A stretch of 20,000 nucleotides of DNA from Gonapodya sp. JEL0774 (Eukaryota): assembly GCA_027604505.1 (NCBI GenBank), contig JADIIX010000101.1:60608-80607 (forward strand), in the 5' to 3' direction. The position numbers were made by a program, and so were the translations under genes. The notes beneath the pieces were generated by a model. It saw only the letters and a list, made by a program, of their open reading frames with translations, was not told where the DNA came from and ran no database searches. This document shows, piece by piece, positions 10,921-20,000 of this stretch; position 1 is the first letter of the stretch; every line of letters starts with the position of its first letter.

Positions 10921-13539
10921 TCATATCCCGTCGTGCTCTTCCTTGTCTTCTTCCTCCTCGTCTTCTTCCTCCTCGTCTTCTTCCTCCTCGTCTGAGTCCT
11001 CCTCGCCGTCCTCGACATTATCTTCGTCGTCCTTGTCTTCTTCCGCTTCACCTTCTCTCGCCATCACCTCGTTCTCCAACTCGTCTAGAGGCCACCCTGT
11101 CCACGACTTTTCGGGACGGAGCGCTGCCAATTGCTCGCAAAGAGATCGTATCGTGGCCTCGCTACATTCGAAAACCCCACAATGGAATCGAAAAAGTGAA
11201 CATCCCGTAACACGCTGATGAACAACAAACGACCACAACGCAACTCACTCGGCCCCCTGCAGCCACACACAATAATCTTCCACCCACATCCTCCCCACAA
11301 CATACGCCTGTTCATTCTTCTCCATTACCTCCTTCAAATCCAAAAAACATTTCAGCACAGCTCTCTTGCCCAGGCCTAGGAGGGAAACAAGATCGGAGAG
11401 CACCCGCAACGATAGGGACCAAGAACGATAGAGCGGATACGCTAAGGATCGGCGGAGGCAGGTTGTGAGGAGCGCGGGAAGGGTGGGGAATTGCTGTACA
11501 GTGTATGCACATTTGATACTGAGCAGCTGTAATCGAGCACCTGCAACGGGCAATAGACTGACCTCGTCCCAACACATCGTTGCCGATAATTTGCATATGG
11601 TCCAAGCAGATTCCACCGTATGCTCTGCTTCGGTAGTGCGGAGGTCATAGCAGTAAGCGTACATAATGTCCACGAGGCCAAGGTAAGTGGTGCGAGGTCG
11701 CAGGAGAAGGTCTCCGTCAAGAAATAAGTCGAGAAAACCGCACGACGGGTGAGGAAGCATCAGGAGTGTGTGACATGAAGAACGTTCACGCGGTCATGAC
11801 GAAGAAAATGACTTACATTGCTTCTTGGGAAGAAGTGTGAGCTGACGTGTTTCTTTGTCGGTGAAGGGCAGCCACGGATGTTGGCTGTCACGGTGAGATA
11901 TTGTGATAATGGACCGAGATTACGAACAAGAGCAAGCGGGTGTTATCTCATATGGTCATCGCAGCCAAGTAAACGTTTCAAAATCGCTCGCAAATTCCAC
12001 CTTGCGGTTTCTTGCAGCTCCAAGCTCTGCATTTTCGTGGTGATTTCAGCAGTCGACACGAAGCTCGTCTTGATATCTCTTGAGTCGGTGGTTATTGTGG
12101 GTCCGCCTGGTGATGTCACGGTCGCTTCATCACCTGAATTGGCAGTGGTTGAGTGGATGGTCGATTGTGCGACCAGTAATCGGTCGGAACATGGCCGAGG
12201 TGGTCTAAGGTCTTCACCGGTCTTTGCCCAAGGTGGTTGCCACTCTATAATGTGTTGTATATCGTCTTGACTCATGAAATCGGCTCTAAGTACAGTCAAA
12301 GGTCAGAGAGGAAGGGCGAGTGAACATGTAGATGGAGTGAGGGAAGGAGGTGAGCTCCTTTCATTTATGCGGGATTCCATGGCGGATACAGTGGATTTTC
12401 AACCGCTCTGGCGTATGTCTCAGAGATAACACACGCCTTCCCCCAGATCACACTCTCGCTCTCACGTTATTGGACTTTCCCTCTTCCTATGAAACCATCA
12501 CTCACCCACCCCGGCCCACACTCACTATTTACTCACGCGTAGTACTCCCCATCGAACCGTTCATCCTCCACCTCGAGCCTCGCCTTCGTCCTTTCTGACC
12601 TGGTCAATCCCCACACGTCCTCGTCCACACAGTCTACTAGTTCCCGAGCGACTTCGCGGAGCTGGGCACCGACGTCGATGTATGACGAGTTGAACCCATA
12701 GGTCTGTTGCTGAAAATGCTAGTGGAGTGAAATGTGGGGTGATGGGTTAAGGCAAAGAAGAGGCTGGAGAACAACAATCAGGAGACAGCGGGAAACAAGG
12801 CCCGATGCGTGACTGCACAGAAGGCTCTCTGCCACGAGCTCTACGTTTAAACACTCTTGACTATAAGCTGTGTTGTTTTCCCAACGAAAACGTACGTAGC
12901 TCTCCTGTGGCTCGCGTTTAGAATCATGGACTGTTAGCTTACATTGTCCTCCTCTGGCAATGTCTGTGGTAAGGACCAATCATTGTCCTCGTCCTCCTCT
13001 TCGTCTTCATCATCTGAGTCCACCACACGCGCCCCGTCTTGCCCCACAGTGTTGTTGGTCGTACCATTCAACACCTCGATGAGGGGTTTGTGTTTTGGTG
13101 TGTTGGAGGACCCACCAGATGAGCCGTAGGCGGGCGAGATTAGCAATTTTGTTAAGAGATCTAAATCTTTGAAATCCTCTCCCGGCTGTTCCTTGGGTAT
13201 CTTTATTGTGAGCTCTCCTTTGCCAATGTCGTATGATGCTGCATGACTGTCCTCATCAGTAGCAACTCTTCCAGGCAAGTGGAGTCTTTTTTTCATTATG
13301 ATTAACCAAGACGGGATTGGATTTGCGGAAATAGCGAGAAAGGAAGCAGCGATGGGTGTAAATCCGAGCATCAAAGATGGATCAAATCTTCACCTCAAGA
13401 AGTAGGGTTTGGCGTGGAAGCGCAACGTAACTCCATCCGACACATCCAAGTCGACATCCTGAGTTTTGATAAAGGGAACAATCAGCACAAGGGTGATGGT
13501 GTCAGCGTCCTGGCTCAGGTGGAACTTGGGCTGGAGCAT
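10921..13539 (-). CDS. SHQ1: H/ACA RNP assembly factor Shq1 (N-terminal CS domain + SHQ1 domain + acidic tail)
   Basis: N-terminus MLQPKFHLSQD...FHAKPYFLR|LHLPG...IPKEQPGEDFKDLDLLTKLL, then YGFN, EDERFDGEYY, YLGLVDIMYAYCYDLRTTEAEHTVESAWTICKLS and RRSLAYPLYRSW, all characteristic of Shq1. Multi-exon, and internal boundaries are not all resolved. Confidence 0.93.
10946..10990. repeat. Perfect 15-bp tandem repeat x3 (TCTTCTTCCTCCTCG) encoding the EEEED acidic tail of Shq1
   Basis: Three identical copies at 10946-10960, 10961-10975 and 10976-10990. Confidence 0.9.
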
Positions 13540-13985
13540 TCTTGTGTGAAGGGAGGGGGGGCACACATACTGATGAAATGTGATACAAATAAATGTCTTC
13601 ACACTTCCATTTTTATTGTCTAAAGGAATTCAAGCGCTGGAAACGCTCGTTATCATAGTTGTTCCATTTCTCGTCGGTCAGAGATGCATGGGTGGGAGGA
13701 TGTGAAACCCGGTTGGGAGTGATACCAGTCCTGGTGGACATTTGCGTCAGGCAATAACAGGGTCAAATTGTATATGAAAATGAACACTTCGGCTACATCA
13801 TTATCTAGCGAAGACATGTGCCACAATGCCGCCCAAGTCCCGGCGGCGTGGGTGCAAATGGTTGGACATGGGTGAGATCTGGGGTGAGAAGTGGAGACAT
13901 GGTGTGGGAATGATGCCGGGGAATGGGGGAAAGGGAAGTGATAGCTCCGTACGGGTGTGGGCTTTCCGGATGCCTGATCGCGTGT

Positions 13986-15711
13986 TTACAAGAGGTCGCT
14001 GACGGAAGAAATCCCAAGGATTATATATGAGCAAAATAAGCATCCGAAAACAACACGCCCAGTCAATTCAACTGTATTCAAACTCACTCATCCTCTTCGG
14101 GGGGCAGGGCAACGTTGGCCGCCGCCGCCAACTCCTCGTTGTACATCTTCATTAGGGTCTGGTCAACCTCAACTTCGGGCGGCGCCAATGCGGGAGGCGC
14201 AACGAAGTCAAGGTTAGGGTTACTTCGGACGACGAGAAGCGCAGAAAGTGTGATTCGTGGGCACGTCAAGATAGTACTGAACTGAGAGCGGTTGGGGTTT
14301 TGGAGAAGCAGTGCACACTTACCCAATGAGCTTGCGGGCTAGCCACAAGAATGGCTTTTCAAAGTTGTAGTTGGACTTGGCCGAGATGTCGTAGTACTGC
14401 AGGTTCTTCTTCCGGTGGAATGTGATGGCTTTGGCCTTCACTTTCCTCTCCTGCGAAAGGACCGTACAGATAAGAGCGGTCACTGAGACACATGTAAAAT
14501 GAGAGATCCATACCTTGATGTCCACCTTGTTCCCGCAGAGCACAATGGGGATGTTTTCGCACACACGGACCAAGTCACGGTGCCAGTTCGGAACGTTCTG
14601 CCGGGAACAACCACAGATTGTGTCAGGACGAGCTTTCAGAGTTCAGCGAGAAACAAGAAGTGTGACATGGACAGCTACCTTGTACGTGATTCGCGAAGTA
14701 ACATCAAACATGATGATGGCACATTGACCCTGGATGCTAAAATGGAGCAGGAGTCGAGTCAGTGGTTCGAAAAAGCGCATTCCATCAAATTGGCTGATTC
14801 ACGCACTAATAGCCATCTCGCAGTCCTCCAAACTTCTCTTGACCGGCTAAATTGTGGAAAACGAAAAGATAGTGAAAATCCCATCCCAACCCCACGGAGA
14901 ACCGAAAATGCTCCGTCTCCCAAATGCGGCATCTAACTACGCACCGGTGTCCCATGTGTTGAAGCAGATGGCACCAAAGTTGGTGTGGAAGTGAAGGGGG
15001 TGGACTTCAACGCCGAGGGTCGCTGGAAATGAGGTCGGGGAGCAATGTAAGTACACCCAGCCACGAAGTACGGCCAGGCCGCCCGTCGCGAAGGAGCCAC
15101 AGTATATGTTCTCGGATCAAAACGCTGAACAATGATCAAATCCAAGAATCCGAGTGCGAGATTGCGACGTGTGGTGAATGGAGCCTCCGAATCCATGACA
15201 TTGCAGAAACACCCTGTTCGAAGCCTTTCAATACGCCACGAAAGATATGGCATGAGGCCAGATGCCATGAAAACGTCCTCGCTCGCGCAAAAATGCCCCA
15301 GCAAGGTGTATCCCTCCGAGGTGCTTCCCAACGTTGACCTGGACAGAATGGGTCACTGCCAACATAGCTCACCAATGTATTTCTTTTCAAACTCTCCAGT
15401 CAAATGGCGCTTGACAAAGGTGGTTTTTCCTGATTATGCCGATCAGAATCCAATTTGGAGTGATCGAAAGGACGTCCGTTCCGCAGAGAAGTTTGAGAAC
15501 AGGATACATCCAGAAGAGCGAAAAACAGGTCACATACCAGTGCCTCCGTCGCCGACGAGCACCAGTTTGAAGGTGGGGATCTCTGGAGCGCCGAATCAAG
15601 GGAAGGTGGGTGGAGCCAAGTCAGCATCGGCGAGGTTCTCTTTCCCGGGTACATGTCCAGAGGACGGATAAAAGGAGACGATGAAATCTTGCCTGCTTGT
15701 GGTGCGGCCAT
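13986..15711 (-). CDS. GSP1: GTP-binding nuclear protein Ran
   Basis: Ten exons (15711-15693, 15582-15538, 15429-15373, 15022-14945, 14846-14807, 14736-14679, 14597-14514, 14450-14323, 14222-14088, 13998-13986) total 657 nt, or 218 aa. Motifs: [61 protein letters not shown] and an acidic EEDDDLL tail. Confidence 0.98.
15104..15154 (-). ncRNA. Candidate intronic H/ACA-type RNA 3' hairpin + ACA box (5' extent unknown, could reach ~15340)
   Basis: The minus strand reads CTCGGATT-CTTGGAT-TTGA-TCATTGT-TCAG-CGTTTT-GATCCGAG-A-ACA-TAT: lower stem, internal pocket, short upper stem, and ACA 15 nt from the pocket top. It lies in a 350-nt Ran intron. No clear H box (ANANNA) was found. Confidence 0.45.
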
Positions 15712-16192
15712 GGAGTTGTGGTTCTCGGGATTGGTGGGGGATTGTGAAGGAAGAGACCAGAAAGCAAAAGTTTTTATTCTGTGTTGGTGCACAAGCACTT
15801 GAACTGAAGCCGAAAACTCAGTCGCTGAATCCTCTCCTGGCTCTATTTCAGACTCGCCCAGATTCGTTCCATGTCTTAGCAACGCTACTCTTAACTTATT
15901 ATTTAATGCGAGTGACCTTTTTTGGGGTGGGTTGCTATCAGGAGCTCTTCATTACTTGCACCTGGGACTTACGTAAAGTAATATCTTCACGGCCCAAATT
16001 GGACGTGCTCGTGAGGATATGCAGAGAGGTTAGGATGGTGGGCAGTGGGATGTGACACAACACCACACCTGATCGTAACAAACATTGCTCTGAGAACCAG
16101 GGCACACTCAAAATCACATTCGGCGGCTGTTCCGCCGATTTTCTTTGCTCCCATCTCTCATTCTTCCCTCCTCCCTCTGTCCAACATCTTGG

Positions 16193-16777
16193 ATGACATC
16201 TTTTGCAGGTTACCAGCAAATCTCCTCTGCCTCCTCCTCTTCAGCTCCGTTTCCATCCTCTACCCGCTACCCTCCGGATGTCCAGGCTAGCGAACGGGTC
16301 AATAAATATGAAACTCGGCTACCGATTCGGCTGGATATCGAGGCAGCTCTCGCTTACGTGCTTGGACCCATCACTGGATTGCTTCTTTTGATCCTCGAAA
16401 CGAAGAACGACTACGTTCGGTTCCATGCGTGGCAATCGACTCTCATCTTTGCAACAATCCTGGTGGGATGAGGCATTGTTCGGACAGATGGCGAGATGTT
16501 TAGTAATGGGGTTCCTCCCCATCTACAGGTCATCCATTTCATTTTTATGTTCATCTCGACTGTCGTTAGCTGGCTCCTCTTTGTTGTCGACCTGGGCTTG
16601 ATAGCATTGCTCGGGTGAGTTTCACCAGTCAAGACCAAGACTCAACAAGTGAGGCTAACCATTACTCCTCAAAACTTCCCTTCCAGGTGGAAAGCATACG
16701 AGAATGCTGACACATTATACCGGTTTGAGGTACCCTATGTGGGACAGACGGCATCATTATGGGTGGACAGCGAATAA
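16193..16777 (+). CDS. Small conserved membrane protein, UPF0132/DUF4870 (Tic20-like) family
   Basis: Three exons with GT-AG introns: NKYETRLPIRLDIEAALAYVLGPITGLLLLILETKNDYVRFHAWQS, then hydrophobic helices, ending AYENADTLYRFEVPYVGQTASLWVDSE*. Confidence 0.8.
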
Positions 16778-17431
16778 ACTGTTGAAATGAACAGAAACCT
16801 CACCATCATGTTCCGCTTATCATTTTTTTTCGATACCCCGATCGATTCTTGTAGTATATGAATGATCTCTGTTCTGTGCGACTTACACCACACAACCCCA
16901 CATTATCGTTTGGGGCCCGTTTTGTGCGATATGGCAACGAATGCACAGATGAAGTCGACACCATCACGAGTCTTTTCCAACTTTTCATAAGCTCTTGCTC
17001 GATTTGCAATTTGTGGTTTTGTGTTTTGGTAAGAGTTATGAGTGATATGGAAGTTCTGTATGCCGCCTGACATTTTTGAGTGCATGCCCCCCCCCTTCCA
17101 CACCTTGAGCTCCAAAAAGTGAACACTCGTGGCACGCTTCACAGCATCAGGCCTGTCTTGCAAATTGCAAAGACCAATGCGGGCGAAGAATGTTTGTGAG
17201 ATTGATTTGAGTCAAGATGACGGGCTCTCTTAAACTCGGTGAAGATTACTACAGATTTGTAAACGTGGATCGGACGACGGGACAGAGGAAGGCCCTGGGA
17301 AGTAAGTTCGTGTGTGTTGTATTTTCAAATCTTTCGGTTCCAGCCTTGTTTCCTTGTCATCATGCGAATCCTCCGAAAATCTCCGAGACCTCATCTACTA
17401 TAACCGATCGGAATCGGACCAGCAAAGCACG

Positions 17432-19409
17432 ATGGCCGGACTCGTCAAACAAAAGAAGATTGGTACGCCCAGGGCCAACATTATTCTCGGATGCGGTGTC
17501 GCCATCCTTGAGAAATTTTGATGAACGACTCATCAAAGTTTCCGTTTCGAATCATGTAGACATAGCGGACTCAAACATCGCAGGACTTGGCACAGACTTA
17601 GAGAAGAAGGTTCGTGAGCTATCGGGGTAGATGCAATCGTGTCAATCCGAAAGCACTGCTCGCTTGCATTGACGAGGTGCATTTCCATCTGGCAGGTCAG
17701 ACTGGATGCTGCCCAGATTGAAGCGCAGTGGCACGGTGTGGGGAAGGAACCAGGCCTTCGCTGCTGGCGCATCGAACAGTTCAAGGTGGTTCCCTGGCCG
17801 ACCGAAAGATATGGGGAGTTCTACTCGGGAGACTCGTACATTGTCATAAACACTTGGAAGAAAGCAAATGAACCAAAGCTTTATCACGACATTCATTTCT
17901 GGTATGTACGTGCTGAGTCAACTGCTTTTGAGAGTGCGCTAATCGTACTGTTCGCTTCTTGCACTCGAGGCTTGGGCTGGAAACAAGTCAAGATGAGGCT
18001 GGAACTGCTGCGTACAAAACTGTAGAGCTGGACGACTGTCTGTATCACGCTGAATCATATTGCTTTGGGATGATCTCGGAATTGGTTCCTACTCCGTTGA
18101 TTTAGATCTGGGAACTCTCCCAGTTCAACATCGTGAAGTTCAAGGTTCAGAATCACAACTCTTCATGTCTTACTTTATAAAGTTTATGGTGGTTGAAGGT
18201 GGTGTGGAATCTGGTTTCAAGCATGTTAAGGTAATTTACATCTCTCCATTTGCTCGAAGTGAACCTTACAAGTTTTCTGCACACAGCCTGCTGATTATCG
18301 TCCAAGGCTGTTGCACATTAAAGGTGGAAAGATTAAGAATATCATTGTCCGTGAAGGTATATTCCATTGAATGCCTTTATTCAGAACAACAATCAGACTT
18401 TCCTTCACAGTTCCGAAGAGTGTAGAGAGCCTGAACAGTGGAGATGTGTTTATTCTTGATGCCGGCATGAATATCTATCAGTGGAATGGGAGGTAGTACA
18501 GACAATGAACTGAGAATGCATGCACTCTGTTGACGCTTGTTCTTTAGTGAATCATCTCCTGCTGAAAAAGTCAAGGCTGGAGAGCTCTGTAGAGCTCTTG
18601 ATGATGAGCGCAAAGGTCTTCCCAAAGTAACTGTACGTAGTTTTGCACAAATTATTATATGTGGTCTCTTTCATGCTTGTGTCACAGGTATTCTCAGAAG
18701 GTGACAAAGACGCTGCACCATTTTGGACACTCTTAGGTGTCACTGACTGGGCCAATATCAAAATTAAAAGTGCGGCTGATGGAGGTGAGTTTCATTTCTC
18801 TACAGTACTGAGTGCCATCACAGTGCAAAGTTGGTCACCAGGATCTGATCTAGATGCAATGAAGGCTGTGCCTGAAAAGGTCCTATTCAAGTGAGTGAAC
18901 ATACTACAGTTAGAAAACAATCACATGTGGTGATCTACTGCTACAGGGTATCAGATGCCACAGGCCAAATTACTTTTGCATTGGTAGCCAAGGGGAAGAT
19001 ATCCCAGGGAGATTTTGTGAGAGTCCTCCTCTTTCCATTTTTGCATTCTTCTGCTAATTTGCTACCATTTGATTGTTATTGAAAGAAATCTGAAGATGTC
19101 TTTATTCTGGATGCAGGTGCTGAGGTTGGGAGTCTGCACAGGTTTCCAGAGTCCTGAATGATTTCTCTAACAAATCAATGCTTTCCACAAGGTATTTGTG
19201 TGGATTGGAAAACATGCTAGCGTCCAGGAGAGAAAGAAGGGATTGGTCCTTGCCATGGAGTACATGGTGAGTGTGTCTGCCTTGGAATAATGATTGCAGA
19301 AAGATTTACACACTATGTAAAGGTAAATGAGCATAGGCCCCCAACACTCCCTGTTTCTCGCATCATGGAAGGGGGAGAGAATCAAGTGTTCCTTTCATAC
19401 ATATCTTGA
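17432..19409 (+). CDS. Three-domain gelsolin/severin/fragmin-like actin-severing protein
   Basis: About 14 exons give [122 protein letters not shown] and EGGENQVF. Stop TGA at 19407-19409. Confidence 0.93.
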
Positions 19410-20000
19410 TAGGTGTTTCCATCTGTGTGGGCACAAAGCATCATTGTACTCTCAACTACCAATATTATAATGGACAGTTTGCTCCACATAAACAAAAGAC
19501 ATTTACATGTTTTTCATGTGGAAAAATTGGACATACAGCAAAATTCTGCACCTCAAACAAGTCAGAGAAACCACACAAACATACAACTCAGGACACTTCA
19601 CCAAATGGGTCTGGTTCTTCAACTTCATATTTTTTAGGATCTGATCTGCAATACCATCCATTGAATTGGTTTGCCAATAGCTGTTCTCCAGACCATGTGG
19701 TCAGGGACCAATATGGATTAGTCAACTACAAGGATGCTTCAAACCAGTATATGACTATAGGTGGGAAGGAATTTCATGTGGAAGGATTGGGGACCTTTAT
19801 TTAAGTCTTCCAAAAGGGAATGGACAGTTTGAGAATGTTACACTGAGAGATGTCAAGCATGTTCCAGCCTTTGATGCCAACATTTTATCGTTGAGTCGAT
19901 TTACAGCAAAAGGAGCAGACTTCCATACAAACCAAGGAAAATTGATTCTGACTAAGGAAGATGGCCAGGTTTTGGCTCAAGGATATTTGAGAAATGGTCT
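19410..20000 (+). mobile_element. Degenerate Ty1/copia LTR-retrotransposon fragment (gag zinc knuckle, dead protease, start of pol), continuing beyond the window
   Basis: CCHC knuckle CFSCGKIGHTAKFC. WFANSCSPDHV stands in place of the copia WxxDSGASxH protease motif. VEGLGT is followed by a 1-nt frameshift near 19800, then VTLRDVKHVPAFDANILSLSRF...GYLRNG. AT-rich and CpG-depleted. Confidence 0.88.

Noticed and set aside
15267..15279. Minus-strand AGGACGTTTTCAT resembling a sense 18S rRNA segment
   Set aside because: The match is short and in the sense orientation, so it cannot guide by pairing and is likely chance.
14933..15390. ORFs of 132 and 84 aa and a CAG|GT site inside Ran intron 3 (possible poison exon or recursive splice site)
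   Set aside because: No recognisable protein, and the implied 34-nt upstream intron is much shorter than other introns here. It cannot be supported without reads.
16778..17431. Short ORFs between the membrane protein and gelsolin
   Set aside because: No motifs or consistent splice structure. The region reads as UTR and promoter sequence.
1..20000. CRISPR arrays, tRNA/rRNA genes, prokaryotic systems
   Set aside because: No repeat-spacer arrays or recognisable tRNA/rRNA sequence were seen, and all genes carry spliceosomal introns.

Overview
Gene-dense, intron-rich eukaryotic DNA, most likely fungal. An early-diverging lineage is inferred from intron density and the three-domain gelsolin, but this is not provable from the window. 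Eight spliced housekeeping-type genes were reconstructed by hand: DCP2 (-), a class I glutamine amidotransferase-like gene (+), a Topors-like RING E3 ligase (+), RCE1 (+), SHQ1 (-), Ran/GSP1 (-), a UPF0132/DUF4870-like membrane protein (+) and a gelsolin/severin (+). A decayed Ty1/copia fragment begins right at the gelsolin stop codon. The most interesting signals are non-coding. (1) The oversized third intron of Ran contains an H/ACA-type hairpin plus ACA box whose pocket has bipartite complementarity to a conserved 18S rRNA segment. (2) A hairpin-rich ~300-nt island between the RING gene and RCE1 has RNase MRP-like P4/P8 motifs. (3) A CpG-depletion zone extends from the retroelement ~600 nt or more into the still-intact gelsolin gene. 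All splice models and RNA structures were read by eye and are not computed.
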